Below are positions 1 through 12,455 of a stretch of 64,000 bases of DNA, piece by piece. Position 1 is the stretch's first letter. Each line of letters starts with the position of its first letter. The translations under genes were made by a program, and so were the position numbers. The notes under the pieces were generated by a model that did not search any database, had not been told where the DNA came from, and worked only from the letters and a program-made list of their open reading frames with translations. Origin of the DNA: an uncultured Planctomycetota bacterium (GTDB taxonomy: Bacteria; Planctomycetota; UBA11346); the NCBI GenBank assembly GCA_903902515.1, contig CAIUVD010000326.1, positions 2,350 through 66,349 of the forward strand. The letters are read 5' to 3'.

Positions 1-167
1 TCAGGGTACGTCACGATGGGAGACCGGCGCAAGGCCTTTATGAGGCAGCATTAAAGATGACTTCATCCGGAATGGTCGGGCATATTTCACCCCCCAGGCC
101 ATCGAACTTGGGGTACATTGTTCTGTTCCCGTTTCGCAACCCTTCCCCTTGCAGGACAAGGTGCCCC

Positions 168-731
168 ATGCTCCGCATCGCCGTTTTCCTCCTCGCGACC
201 TCTCTGGTGTCTCTCCAGGGCGCTGACCTCGCTGCCGCCCAACGGAGCTACCATGTCGCCGGGCGCGCCGTGGTGGACATGGCCAATACCCAAAAGGTCG
301 ATGTGGCCGTGGTCGAAGCGAAGGTCCTGGAGATGACCCGGCATTCCGTCGCCCTCGCCCAGGCCTACGCCGCAAAATTCCCCGACGGGAAGCCCGTCAT
401 CGACATGACCATCGCCCAGGCCGCCATCCTCGGTCCCGACGGTGCGGTGACCGGCCTCGGACCCATGCAGAACCTACCGTTCAGTGACATTGAAGAGCAG
501 TGGCATGACTTGGGCCACTTCAAGACCAACCCCGTCGGGATCGACCTGAGTGACGAGAAAAACGAACACTTCACCGATCCTCTGCACACCATCATCCATC
601 CGATCATGACCTTGGTGGCGGCCCGGGCTTACGCCAAGGAAGGCAAACCCGACGACCTCAAGGCCATGAAGGCCGAGATGGAAGAGGGCATCGAACAAGC
701 CGAGAAACTGGTCGAAGCCCTCAACAAGTGA
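168..731 (+). CDS. hypothetical secreted protein (N-terminal signal peptide MLRIAVFLLATSLVSLQGADLAAAQ)
   Basis: ORF 57..731 trimmed to ATG at 168 preceding a hydrophobic signal-like segment; no recognisable family. Confidence 0.45.
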   Translation: MLRIAVFLLATSLVSLQGADLAAAQRSYHVAGRAVVDMANTQKVDVAVVEAKVLEMTRHSVALAQAYAAKFPDGKPVIDMTIAQAAILGPDGAVTGLGPMQNLPFSDIEEQWHDLGHFKTNPVGIDLSDEKNEHFTDPLHTIIHPIMTLVAARAYAKEGKPDDLKAMKAEMEEGIEQAEKLVEALNK

Positions 732-853
732 GGCCCCCTCACCACGATCTGCCCCGCACCACCAGCGGACCTGCACACCCTGCGTCCCCACGACAGACCG
801 GTGCGCCAGGATCATCAACGATCCGCAGACCACCCCCCATGGAAGCCACTCCC

Positions 854-1684
854 ATGTCCCGTTCCCTCGTCCTGCTTTCCCTGACCACCCTCCTCACGGC
901 CGTCGAGGTCGAACCCGCCAAACTGGCGACCGCCGATGCCGCTCCCGTGGATCCGGGAGCCCTCGAAATCGCCTTTGGCCTCACCCACACCCAGGCCCGT
1001 ACCCTCTTTGATGCCGACCGCCTGCGGCAGGACCGGGGAAGCGTTGGCCGCGAAACCGCCCTGGGCCTGGGGCTGACCTACGGAGTCATGGAAAACCTGG
1101 ATGTCGGGGTGGGCCTTGGAGTCGCTCGCGTCCAAGAGAGCGATGGCGATCCGGATCACGGCGCCGGCCTTCAGGATGTGGACCTCGGCGCGAAGTGGGC
1201 TTTCTGGAGCCACGGTGAGGGCGACCGCTCCTGTGCCGTGGCCCTGCTGCCCGGGATCACCATCCCAACCGGCACGCGGGACGACACGCCGGACACCATC
1301 CCCACGGGTTCCCGCGCCTGGGCGGTGGGCCTCACCCTGGCCACCTCCGGACAGGTGGGCCCCTGGTCCCTCAATGCGGATATCGGCCAAAGCCAGTACC
1401 AGGGCAGTGAGGAGGACCGGGAAGGCACCCGGGGCTCTACCGCCGCCAACGGCGCCATTGGCCTGGCAGTCACTCCGTGGCTCCAACCGGAGGTCGACCT
1501 GTCCTGGAGCCAGGACCAGGTGGAGGAGGGTGATGCCCCCTGGGCCGTGACTCTCACCGCTGGCGCCCAGGTGACCCTGGAATCGGGACGTCTCAGCCTT
1601 GGGCTGGCCCAGGTCATCGCCGGAGCCCAGGACACGGATGCGACCCTGACCCTGCTGGCGGGATTCGCCATTATTGTCGAATGA
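854..1684 (+). CDS. outer-membrane beta-barrel protein, transporter/MetA-pathway-like family
   Basis: Signal peptide MSRSLVLLSLTTLLTAVEV; alternating Gly/aromatic beta-strand pattern (GLGLTYGV, VGVGLGVARV); C-terminus AGFAIIVE; alternative start at 839. Confidence 0.5.
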   Translation: MSRSLVLLSLTTLLTAVEVEPAKLATADAAPVDPGALEIAFGLTHTQARTLFDADRLRQDRGSVGRETALGLGLTYGVMENLDVGVGLGVARVQESDGDPDHGAGLQDVDLGAKWAFWSHGEGDRSCAVALLPGITIPTGTRDDTPDTIPTGSRAWAVGLTLATSGQVGPWSLNADIGQSQYQGSEEDREGTRGSTAANGAIGLAVTPWLQPEVDLSWSQDQVEEGDAPWAVTLTAGAQVTLESGRLSLGLAQVIAGAQDTDATLTLLAGFAIIVE

Positions 1685-1969
1685 GCGCCGTTCCCTCCTG
1701 TGGCCCTGCCGCAGGAGGGAACCATGCGCCCAGCGACCACCCCCCGATCCGGCATTTCATCTGCGCCTTCACCGACGACAGCGACCTGACGAAACCACAC
1801 CCATTCACCCAGTGGTTAAAATCCCGCATCGGGCTCCAACCATGCCCATCGACACGTGATCGCCCTGAGGGACCCATGGCGTAGAACGTCCTCGAATGAG
1901 ATCCGAGAACGCCAATGCTCACGCCGTCTCTCCAAGGCCTGAATGCCGATAGGGACCCGCCCTACCAGG

Positions 1970-2977
1970 TCAGGCGCCGAACTGACGCAGGGAGCGCAGG
2001 TCCGCCCCGTGCATCACGCGGATGTCGGTGATGCCGTGGCGGATCATCGCCAGACGTTCCAGGCCCAGGCCGAAGGCGAATCCCTGCCAGCGCGTGGGGT
2101 CGATGCCGCCCGCCTCCAGGACCTTGGGGTGGATCATGCCACAGCCGAGGAGTTCCACCCAGCGGCTGAAACGGCTGCTGGGATCCGCCTGGGTCAAGCG
2201 CACATCGACCTCGAAGCCCGGCTCAACGAAGGGGAAGAAGCTAGGGCGGAGGCGAACCTCGATGTCGTCGCGCTTCAGCAGGGCCGACAACATGGTGCGG
2301 ATGGTGCCCACCAGGTGCTTGGCGTTGACGCCCTCATCGACCACGAAGCCTTCGACCTGGGTGAAGGTATTGTCGTGGGTGGCATCCACCGCCTCGTAGC
2401 GGAATACCTTGCCGACGACGACCTTGCGGAAGGGCGGCGTGGACTGGGGGTAGACCCGGCTCTGAACGGCTGAGGTATGGGTCCTCAACAGTTTCCCGTT
2501 ATCCAACCAGAAGGTGTCCTGGTGATCGCGGGCCGGGTGGTTCTCGGGGATATTGAGGCGTCCGAAGTTGAATTCGTCCATCTCGACGTGGGGGCCATCG
2601 ACGATTTCGTAGCCCATGCTGCTGAAGACTTCTTCCACCTCCTGGGCCACCTGGCTGATGGGGTGACGGCTGCCGCGACGGCGCTCGGCCCCGGGCAGGG
2701 TCAGGTCGATGGGGGCGTCGTTCTCGACCGACGCCAACCGGTCCTGGGCCGCGATGAAGGCCTCCTTGAGGGCGGTTTTCACCTGGTTCAGCACCGGGCC
2801 GAGGGCGCGTTTGTCCTCAGAGGCCGCAGCGCCGAAGGCCTTGGTCAGCTCCTTCTCGCGCCCGTTGGAGCCGAGGAAGCGGATACGAGCCTCCTCAAGC
2901 GCGGCGGCATCGCCGGCGGCGGCGAAGGCCGCCACGCCGTCGGTTTTGAGGAGTTCAAGGTCGTCGCGAAGGGACAT
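1970..2977 (-). CDS. pheS: phenylalanine--tRNA ligase alpha subunit
   Basis: Full-length class II aaRS motifs (FRYEAVDATHDNTFTQVEGFVVDEG, GFAFGLGLERLAMIRHGITDIR). Confidence 0.95.
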   Translation of the reverse strand: MSLRDDLELLKTDGVAAFAAAGDAAALEEARIRFLGSNGREKELTKAFGAAASEDKRALGPVLNQVKTALKEAFIAAQDRLASVENDAPIDLTLPGAERRRGSRHPISQVAQEVEEVFSSMGYEIVDGPHVEMDEFNFGRLNIPENHPARDHQDTFWLDNGKLLRTHTSAVQSRVYPQSTPPFRKVVVGKVFRYEAVDATHDNTFTQVEGFVVDEGVNAKHLVGTIRTMLSALLKRDDIEVRLRPSFFPFVEPGFEVDVRLTQADPSSRFSRWVELLGCGMIHPKVLEAGGIDPTRWQGFAFGLGLERLAMIRHGITDIRVMHGADLRSLRQFGA

Positions 2978-2983
2978 GGGAAT

Positions 2984-3070
2984 TTTCGTCTAGCGTGTGG
3001 CGTCTAGCGTGTGGCGTCTGGAGTCTGGCGTCGAGGTCTCCATGACCCCAGACGCCAGACGCCAGACGGT
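2984..3070. repeat. tandem direct repeat (tctagcgtgtggcg x2) plus imperfect 17-nt inverted repeat (gtctggAgtctggcgtc / gacgccagacgccagac) between ilvD stop and pheS start
   Basis: Read directly; hairpin lies immediately 3' of ilvD and 5' of pheS on the minus strand. Confidence 0.5.
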
Positions 3071-4747
<1,677 letters not shown>

Positions 4748-4795
4748 GGGATGACCTCGGGAAGTTGGAAACAGGGTAGAAAAATCGTACCGCAC

Positions 4796-6193
4796 TCAAT
4801 GCCCGGAGATGACCGGTATGCCACCCAGTGCCTGACGGACCTTCTCGCACAGATCCTTGGCCTCGGGCATGGTCGGCGCCTCGGCGATCACCCGGCTAAC
4901 GGGCTCCGTGCCGCTGGCCCGGACGTGGACCCAACGGTCGTTCCAGGTGAACTTGAGGCCGTCCCGGGTGTCGATGGTGGCCCCGTTGGTCACCGGATGG
5001 CCGTCGAGTTTGCCCATCGCCGCCGTCACGCCGGCCCGGTCCAAGGGGATTTTTTCCTTATGGATGGCGTAGCGCGGAATGGCGTTCAGGACCTCGGACA
5101 GGGGCTGCTTCACCCGGGCGAGGTATTCGAGGATCAGGGCCATGCCGGTCTGGCTGTCCCGGCCCCACACCACGCGGGGATCGATAACGCCGCCGTTACC
5201 CTCACCGCCGACCACGGCGCCGTTGGCCTGCATGGCATCGACGACATGGGCCTCACCGACCTTGGCCCGGATCACCCGGCCGCCGTGACGAGCGGCAATG
5301 TCCTCCAACATGCGGCTGGTGGAGAGGTTGGTGCAGGCCACCGCGCCGCGCCGGCCGGCGGCGTCTTCGGCGGCAAAGCGCGCAGCGGAGCAGAGGACCA
5401 GGGTGTATTCCTCGCCGATATAGGTACCCCGATCATCGACCACCGCCAAGCGATCGGCGTCCGGGTCCTGGACAAAGCCGATGTCGCCGTTCACCGCTCG
5501 GACAATTCCACCCAGGTGGCGGACATTGGTGGGCGTGGGTTCCGGATCCCGGGGGAAAGGCAGTTCCGGACGACCGTACAGCGGAATGACCTGACAGCCG
5601 AGGGCCGACAGCAGCTTCGGCCCAATGAGCGAGCCAGCCCCGTTCACGCTGTCGAGCACCACGGTCAATTTCGCGGCGCGGATCAGGTCCACATCCACGA
5701 CCTTGAGGATGCGCGCGATGTGTCGGTCGATGGCCGTGACGTCATCACGCTGGCCACCGATGGCGTCCCACCGCTTCCAGGTGGGGCCGGCGGTGTAGGC
5801 CGCCAGGATTTTGTCGAGTTGCGCCTGGTCGACATTCCGCCCCTCGGGGCTGAAGAACTTGAGGGCATTCCACTCGGAGTTGTTGTGGCTGGCGCTGATC
5901 TGCAGACCGCCCTGGGCCCCCAGTTCCTGAATCATGATCGGCACCGTCGGGGTCGGCACGATGCCGATGTCGATGACGTGGCAGCCGACGCCGCGCAGGG
6001 CAGCGGCCACCGTCTGGGCCACCATGGGGCCCGTCAGGCGGCTATCCCGGCCAAGAATGACCGTGCCACCGGCCCCGGCGATGGCCTGGCCATAGGCCGC
6101 CGCGAGGCCCTGGAATTGCGGCAGGTCGATGGTCTCGCCAACAATGCCCCGGATGCCGGAGACGGAGACGACGCAGCGGAGGGGAGCAGTCAT
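4796..6193 (-). CDS. glmM: phosphoglucosamine mutase / phosphomannomutase family protein
   Basis: alpha-D-phosphohexomutase active-site Ser motif ISASHNNSEWNALKF; four-domain length (465 aa). Confidence 0.8.
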   Translation of the reverse strand: MTAPLRCVVSVSGIRGIVGETIDLPQFQGLAAAYGQAIAGAGGTVILGRDSRLTGPMVAQTVAAALRGVGCHVIDIGIVPTPTVPIMIQELGAQGGLQISASHNNSEWNALKFFSPEGRNVDQAQLDKILAAYTAGPTWKRWDAIGGQRDDVTAIDRHIARILKVVDVDLIRAAKLTVVLDSVNGAGSLIGPKLLSALGCQVIPLYGRPELPFPRDPEPTPTNVRHLGGIVRAVNGDIGFVQDPDADRLAVVDDRGTYIGEEYTLVLCSAARFAAEDAAGRRGAVACTNLSTSRMLEDIAARHGGRVIRAKVGEAHVVDAMQANGAVVGGEGNGGVIDPRVVWGRDSQTGMALILEYLARVKQPLSEVLNAIPRYAIHKEKIPLDRAGVTAAMGKLDGHPVTNGATIDTRDGLKFTWNDRWVHVRASGTEPVSRVIAEAPTMPEAKDLCEKVRQALGGIPVISGH

Positions 6194-6879
6194 GGGTATT
6201 CCTGAGAATTTTTCGGGGTGTCGCCACCCCCGGGATCGCGGCCGTCCCGGCCGCTCGAAAAAGCACTAGACCAACGCCAATCATCAACCTCTTTACACAA
6301 GCCTGCCTCTACCGGATTCCGCTCAATATACGCAACCGCTTGGGCATAATGCTCGGCATCCCGAATATACCGATCCCAGTAATCAGGATGCCACACCGGA
6401 CCTTCCGTAGTACGCATCTTGTTGATCGCATGGGCCGTAAACGACTTCCAGGCCCCAACAACCGTCGTCATGGAGTAGCCAGGGACTTCCTGGAAGAGCA
6501 CATGGACGTGGTTGGGCATGATAACCCACGCCTGCAAAAGGTACCGGGTCCCATCAAAACAGCCCAGGGAATCTTGCATGATCTGCGCGCAGGTTGGGTC
6601 GCGTAACAAACAGGATCCATGGCCAGTATCGATCAACGCGTTCAGATGCTCGCGACGTTCGGAGGTCTGATCATCTTTTGGTAAGTCGGCCAGCATTCTG
6701 GCAATAGCATGGGCTGGGAGGGCATCGGCCAAATGCCACGTGACCATCTGGAGCATGCCGGCGGCATCGAAATGGGGGAGGTAGCCTCGGTGGTGCCAGC
6801 CTCGGTGATCGTTCGAGCGGCCGGGACGGCCGCGATCCCGGGACGAGACATCCGCCTCGGTCACAGCGTCCCGTCCCAC
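6190..6879 (-). mobile_element. REP-associated tyrosine transposase (RAYT; IS200/IS605-like TnpA, COG1943)
   Basis: WHHRGYLPHFD N-motif, HuH motif MPNHVHVL, catalytic Tyr region AVAYIERNPV; GTG start; both ends overlap the flanking genes (prfA stop, glmM start). Confidence 0.7.
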
Positions 6880-7952
6880 GTCGCCAGGAACTGGGCCTTC
6901 TCATGCTCGGCCATGGCCTTCAACAGTTCGTCACAACCACCGTCCATGTAACGGTCTAGGCTGTAGCCGGTCCAATTGATGCGGTGGTCGGTGATGCGGT
7001 TCTGGGGGAAGTTGTAGGTACGGATACGGTCGGAGCGTTCACCGGTGCCGACGGCATCCTTCCGCGTCGCCGCACGCTCGCGCGCCAAGCGTTCACGCTC
7101 GGCCTCGTAGAGGCGGGCCCGCAGCCACTTCATGGCCTTGTCCTTGTTGGCGCCTTGGCTGCGCTCCTCACTGCAGGCCACCACCACGCCCGTGGGGCGG
7201 TGGGTAATGCGGATCGCGGACTCGGTTTTGTTGACGTGCTGCCCGCCGGCGCCGCTGGCCTTGAAGGTGTCGATGTCGAGGTCGGCGGTGTTGATAGTTA
7301 CATCCGCCTCTTCGGCCTCGGGGAGGACGGCGACGGTGGCGGCGCTGGTGTGGACCCGGCCCTGAGCCTCGGTCTCGGGGACGCGCTGCACGCGGTGGCC
7401 GCCGTTTTCAAAGCGCAGCAATCCATAGGCCCCCAGGCCGTCCCGCGTGGTGCCCGTGACCTGGAAGGTGATTTCCTTGAAGCCGCCCTTTTCGCCCTCG
7501 TTGGCCGTCAGCAGGGTCAGGCGCAGGCCCTGGGGCACGCACCACTGGGTGTACAGACGCGCCAGATCACCGGCAAACAGGGCCGCCTCATCACCGCCGA
7601 TGCCCGCGCGGATTTCGAGGATGGCGTTGCGCTGGTGGGCATCGTCCGACGTCGCCAACCGTTCGCGGATCGACTCCAGGAGGGCCTCGCCCCGGGCAGT
7701 GGCTTCGGCAATTTCCTCCCGGGCGAGATCCCGCATCTCCGGGTCCTTCAGCAGGGCTTCGGCCCCGCTGCGTTCGGCCTCAGCGGCTTGCCAAGCGATG
7801 AACGGATCCACCACCCGCCCCAGACGCGCATGGTCACGGAGGATCTGTTGGTAGCGGGGCGTCCCGATGATCGCCGGATCCTCCATCTGGGCCGCCAACT
7901 GGCGCCAGCGGGCGTGGAGGCTCACCAGATGGGGGATCAGCGGGTCGGTCAC
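6861..7952 (-). CDS. prfA: peptide chain release factor 1
   Basis: GGQ motif ([19 protein letters not shown]) and PxT-type recognition region; full length. Confidence 0.95.
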   Translation of the reverse strand: MTDPLIPHLVSLHARWRQLAAQMEDPAIIGTPRYQQILRDHARLGRVVDPFIAWQAAEAERSGAEALLKDPEMRDLAREEIAEATARGEALLESIRERLATSDDAHQRNAILEIRAGIGGDEAALFAGDLARLYTQWCVPQGLRLTLLTANEGEKGGFKEITFQVTGTTRDGLGAYGLLRFENGGHRVQRVPETEAQGRVHTSAATVAVLPEAEEADVTINTADLDIDTFKASGAGGQHVNKTESAIRITHRPTGVVVACSEERSQGANKDKAMKWLRARLYEAERERLARERAATRKDAVGTGERSDRIRTYNFPQNRITDHRINWTGYSLDRYMDGGCDELLKAMAEHEKAQFLATWDGTL

Positions 7953-10432
7953 GATGCGGAGGGCTCACCGCCATCGACCGGTTCCAGGCCCTCAGGCTTA
8001 TCGCTTTCCGGCGGGCACAGGGCCACGCCGGTCAGGACATCGCCCTTGTCCATGCTGATGATGGTCACGCCCTGGGCCGCGCGGCCGGTCGAGCGGATGG
8101 TATCGACGGCCGTCCGCACCACCTGGCCCTGGCGGGACATGAGCATGATCTCGTCCCCGGGGCGGACCGCGAGGCTGGCGACGACCGGGCCGTTGCGCTC
8201 GGAGGTATCGATGTTGGTCACGCCCTTACCACCACGGCTGATCAGGCGGTACTCGTCAAAGGGCGTGCGTTTGCCGAAGCCATTGGTGCAGATGGTCAGG
8301 ATTTCGGTGCCTTCGTCGCAGCGGACGAGACTGACGACCACGGCCCCCTCGGCGAGGTTGATGCCGGTGACGCCCTCGGTGGCTCGGCCCGTGGGCCGAA
8401 CATCGCCTTCCTCGAAGCGGACGGCGCTGCCATCGTCAGTAGCGATAAGGATCTGGTCCGTGCCGCTGGTCTCGACCACGCCGACCAGTTGGTCGCCCTC
8501 GGTCAGCTTAATGCCCTTGATGCCGCCGTTACGCGGATTGCCGTAGGCAGCGAGGGCGGTTTTCTTGACCGTGCCCTGACGGGTCGCCATCAACAGGAAG
8601 CGGTCTTCCGGGAAATCGCGCACCGGGATGGTGGCGGTGATGGCTTCGCCCTCGGGCAGTTCCAGGACATTGGCGAGGTGCTTGCCCCGGCTGGTGCGGC
8701 CCGATTCCGGGATGCGCCAGACCTTAAGCCAGTGGACCTGGCCGGTGCTGGTGAAGCACAGCAGGAACTGGTGGTTGGTGGCCGCGAACACCTGGGCCAC
8801 GAAATCCGTGTCGCCCTTGAGGTCACCACCGGAGACGCCCTTGCCGCCACGCCGTTGCAGGCGGAACGTCTCGACGGGCATGCGCTTGATGTAACCGCTC
8901 TTGGTGATCGTGACCACGCAGGGCGCGTCCTCGATCAGGTCTTCCATCTCGAAGTTACCGGCGGCAGCCACGATCTCGGAACGGCGTTCGTCGCCGAACT
9001 TCTCGATCAGCATCTCCAGGTCGGCCTTGATGATGGCGAACTGCCGTTCATCCCGGGCCAGGATGTCCATGAAATCGGCGATGGCGGCTTCGAGCTCCAG
9101 GCGCTCGGCATCAAGCTTGTCCCGCTCCAGGCCGGTCAGGCGGCGGAGCTGCATGTCGAGGATGGCCTGGGCCTGGCGGTCGCTGAACTGCCAGCGGGCC
9201 ATCAGGGCCTCCTTGGCGGCTTCCACCGACGGCGCGGCACGGATGGCCGCGATGATCGCGTCGATGACGTCGATGGCCTTCAGCAAGCCGTGAACGATGT
9301 GCAGGCGAGCCTCATCGCGGGCGAGCAGGAAGCGCGTCCGACGGATGATCACATCCTTGCGGTGCTCGATCCAGGCGCTGCACAGGCGGCGCAGGCCGAG
9401 GGTGCGGGGGCGGCCGCCATCCAGGGCGACGATGTTGATGGCGAAGTTGTACTGGAGGTTGGTGTGCTCCCACAATTGGTTCAGCACCAGTTCGGGATCC
9501 TCGCCCTTCTTCAACTCGATCACCAGGCGGATGCCATTGCCCACGGACCCGCCGTAGACCTTGGCCATGCCCTGGACCCGTTCCTGCTTGTCGGCCTCGA
9601 CAATAGACTCGGTGATCGTCTCCAGCTTGATGCCGTAGGGGATCTCGGTGACGACGATGGCCGGGCGGCCTTCGATTTCCTCGACGTGGGTCCGGGCCCG
9701 CATCACCACCCGGCCGCGGCCGGTCTCGTAGGCGTCGCGGACACCCATGGTGCCGCAGATGAAACCACCCGTGGGGAAGTCCGGGGCCCGCAGGAACTGC
9801 ATCAATTCCGGCACCGTCGCCTGGGGATTGGCGATCAGGTGGATCAGGGCCCGGCAGACCTCGGTGAGGTTGTGGGGCGGGATGTTGGTCGCCATGCCGA
9901 CGGCGATGCCAGAACTGCCATTGACCAGCAGGTTCGGCAGGCGCGACGGCAGGACCATCGGTTCCGTCAGGCGGCCGTCGAAATTGGGCCGGTGATCGAC
10001 GGTGTCGTACTGAATGTCGTCCAGCAGTTCGAGGGCCGGGGCCGCCATGCGGGCCTCGGTGTAACGATAGGCGGCCGCGCCGTCACCATCGATGGACCCG
10101 AAGTTGCCCTGGCCGTGAACCAGGGGGTAGCGCAGGCTGAAATCCTGAGCCATGCGGACCATCGCGTCGTACACGGCCGAGTCGCCGTGGGGATGGTAGT
10201 TACCCAGACAGTCACCGACCACCTTGGCCGACTTGAGGTGCTTGCGACCGGGCGTCAGGTTCAGGTCGCGGAGGGTCTGCAAAATGCGGCGATGCACCGG
10301 CTTGAGGCCATCGCGGACGTCCGGCAGGGCACGGTCCACCAGCACGCTCATGGCGTAGGTGAGGTAGCTCTCCTTCATCTCGGCTTCGATGAGGAGGTCT
10401 TTGGCAACAAGATTGGGCGGCAGGTCGGTCAT
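7949..10432 (-). CDS. gyrA: DNA gyrase subunit A
   Basis: N-terminus after trimming [51 protein letters not shown]; active-site AAMRYTE-like region (YRYTEARM); C-terminal beta-pinwheel repeats. Confidence 0.95.
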   Translation of the reverse strand: MTDLPPNLVAKDLLIEAEMKESYLTYAMSVLVDRALPDVRDGLKPVHRRILQTLRDLNLTPGRKHLKSAKVVGDCLGNYHPHGDSAVYDAMVRMAQDFSLRYPLVHGQGNFGSIDGDGAAAYRYTEARMAAPALELLDDIQYDTVDHRPNFDGRLTEPMVLPSRLPNLLVNGSSGIAVGMATNIPPHNLTEVCRALIHLIANPQATVPELMQFLRAPDFPTGGFICGTMGVRDAYETGRGRVVMRARTHVEEIEGRPAIVVTEIPYGIKLETITESIVEADKQERVQGMAKVYGGSVGNGIRLVIELKKGEDPELVLNQLWEHTNLQYNFAINIVALDGGRPRTLGLRRLCSAWIEHRKDVIIRRTRFLLARDEARLHIVHGLLKAIDVIDAIIAAIRAAPSVEAAKEALMARWQFSDRQAQAILDMQLRRLTGLERDKLDAERLELEAAIADFMDILARDERQFAIIKADLEMLIEKFGDERRSEIVAAAGNFEMEDLIEDAPCVVTITKSGYIKRMPVETFRLQRRGGKGVSGGDLKGDTDFVAQVFAATNHQFLLCFTSTGQVHWLKVWRIPESGRTSRGKHLANVLELPEGEAITATIPVRDFPEDRFLLMATRQGTVKKTALAAYGNPRNGGIKGIKLTEGDQLVGVVETSGTDQILIATDDGSAVRFEEGDVRPTGRATEGVTGINLAEGAVVVSLVRCDEGTEILTICTNGFGKRTPFDEYRLISRGGKGVTNIDTSERNGPVVASLAVRPGDEIMLMSRQGQVVRTAVDTIRSTGRAAQGVTIISMDKGDVLTGVALCPPESDKPEGLEPVDGGEPSAS

Positions 10433-10513
10433 GGGGGTCCGCAGGGGAAGGCGGAGACGATACCGCAAGCCCGTGGGGGGCAAGGCGGTACCCCCCAAAA
10501 AACCGCCCGGATT

Positions 10514-11461
10514 TTAGCCCAGGCCGGCAGCCCGACGTAGGCGATCGTTAATGCCCAATCCAAGACCGATGGCGGGAACCAGGCGCGCAACGAGGTCCGT
10601 GGCACCCGAGGCATCCAGGCGGCGCAGGGACGCAAACAGCGTCCGGGCGGCCTCGGCCAAATCCCCGGACTGGCTCAGCAGTTCCGTGGGGCCACCGGCC
10701 GGCACGGGGCCACAGAGGGCCAGGCGACCAATGCGGGGATCCGTGGGCCAGGGCTCGTGCTCATCCAACAGCCGCAGGGGCGTGCGGGGGGCATAATGGC
10801 TGGCCAGGAGACCCGGGGCCGGCAGGGCAATGCTGGCGGCCCGGGCCTGGGCGTTGGCCACCGCCACCGGTTCGCCCAGGATCTCCTCCAAACGCTCGCG
10901 GGTCAGGCCGCCGGGGCGGAGAATCACCGGCTGGGGATCGACCAACAGCACGGTGCTTTCAATGCCGATGGCACAGGGACCGCCGTCGAGGATAGCCCCC
11001 ACCCGGTCGCCCAACTGGTCCCGCACATGGGCCGCGGTGGTGGGGCTGATGAATCCGAAGGGATTGGCGCTGGGGGCCGCCAGGGGCCGACCGGCCCGAC
11101 GGATCAGCTCCCGGGCCACGGGGTGATCCGGGCAGCGAACCCCGACGGTTTCCAGGCCACTGGTCACCACGTCAGGAATGGTGGCCCGGCGGCGCAGCAC
11201 CAGGGTCAAGGGGCCGGGCCAACAGGCGGCGGCCAGAAGGCGGGCCCGGGGCGTCGACTCGGCCACGGCCCAGGCCCCCTCGGGATCCGCCACATGGACG
11301 ATCAGGGGATCGAAGGTTGGCCGGCCCTTGGCGATGAAAATACCCAGGACCGCTTCGGCATTGGTGGCATCCGCCGCCAGGCCGTAGACGGTTTCCGTGG
11401 GCATGCCCACTAGGCCCCCGGCCCGCAGGATGGTCGCCGCCGTATCGAGGGGATCAGGCAT
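10514..11461 (-). CDS. tsaC: L-threonylcarbamoyladenylate synthase (Sua5/YrdC/TsaC family, with Sua5 C-terminal domain)
   Basis: YrdC fold motifs GGLVGMPTETVYGLAADA, KGRPTFDPLIVHV, SANPFG; start trimmed to MPDPLDTAATIL. Confidence 0.85.
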   Translation of the reverse strand: MPDPLDTAATILRAGGLVGMPTETVYGLAADATNAEAVLGIFIAKGRPTFDPLIVHVADPEGAWAVAESTPRARLLAAACWPGPLTLVLRRRATIPDVVTSGLETVGVRCPDHPVARELIRRAGRPLAAPSANPFGFISPTTAAHVRDQLGDRVGAILDGGPCAIGIESTVLLVDPQPVILRPGGLTRERLEEILGEPVAVANAQARAASIALPAPGLLASHYAPRTPLRLLDEHEPWPTDPRIGRLALCGPVPAGGPTELLSQSGDLAEAARTLFASLRRLDASGATDLVARLVPAIGLGLGINDRLRRAAGLG

Positions 11462-12308
11462 TGCCGGGAAACACGGCGATGGGCAAGCCGGCGGCGCGGA
11501 CCTGGGCGGCAATAGCCTCCAAGTTGGCAACGGGCAGGGCGGTGATGGTCGCCTCGGCCGTCGCCCGGGCCACGGTGTAGAGTTGGATCATGGCGATGTT
11601 GGCACCCTGGGCCCGGAGGGACGTCAAGCGTTCGATCCAGGCCGTGACCTCGGCCGGTGGCGGCACCTCGCCGTCGATCCGGGCCCACAGGGACTGAATC
11701 GTCAGTGGCCGACGCCGACCACAGATCAGAAGATTGTCGAGAATCCGCTGGAGGGAGACCTTGGAGCGGTCGATGCGCTGGAAGTAGTCTTCGGTACCCG
11801 CATCGAGCTTGGCCCACACCTCGCCCCGGTGCTGGTCGAGGATCGCCAAGCCGGCCTCGACCTCGGGCCGGTGCAGGAGGGTGGCGTTGGTGATGACCAC
11901 GATTTTGATCGGCAGCTCGTGCCAGGCGAGGACATCCACCATCAACTGGCAGGCTTCGGCAAAACGCGGGTAACTGGTGGGTTCACCATCCCCGCTGAAG
12001 GCCACATCGTTGACCCGGCGCAGGGCCGTTGGGGCAATGTCGAAGGGCGCCGTCTCCCAGATCCGGCCATCCTTGGCCAAGGGCAGGATGGCCCCCAATT
12101 CCGTACGGATGCCGTCAAGATCGACGGTCTTCACCGGGGCCGGCACCGTGCGGTCCACGCAGCAATACGCACAATCGAAGTTGCAGACCCCATCGGGATT
12201 GAGGTTGATGCCGATGGACAACCCCTGGGAACGCCGGGATACCACCGGATAGACAAAACGATTGTCGCGCCAGTGCCGGGAATGATCAGCGAATAGGGGA
12301 GTAAGCAT
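11454..12308 (-). CDS. radical SAM domain protein
   Basis: CxxxCxxC cluster CNFDCAYCC near the N-terminus; start trimmed to MLTPLFADH. Confidence 0.7.
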   Translation of the reverse strand: MLTPLFADHSRHWRDNRFVYPVVSRRSQGLSIGINLNPDGVCNFDCAYCCVDRTVPAPVKTVDLDGIRTELGAILPLAKDGRIWETAPFDIAPTALRRVNDVAFSGDGEPTSYPRFAEACQLMVDVLAWHELPIKIVVITNATLLHRPEVEAGLAILDQHRGEVWAKLDAGTEDYFQRIDRSKVSLQRILDNLLICGRRRPLTIQSLWARIDGEVPPPAEVTAWIERLTSLRAQGANIAMIQLYTVARATAEATITALPVANLEAIAAQVRAAGLPIAVFPGNA

Positions 12309-12455
12309 GGAGAGTCCGAGGAAAACCGAGAGGGAGTCGAGAGTGTTCAGGAGATGTTGAGTCACCAGGGGACCAAGCCTCCCTGCGGTTCCTCAACGTC
12401 TCCTCAACGCCTTCGACTCCCCCGGCTTCGAAATCGAGCAGGTGGTTGCGGCCCC

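Noticed and set aside
1690-1730. Hairpin ccctcctg...caggaggg after the OM barrel gene
   Set aside because: 8-bp stem not followed by a T-tract. Weak as a terminator, so not listed as a feature.
8489-10540. 683-aa + strand ORF
   Set aside because: Antisense to gyrA, which is unambiguous.
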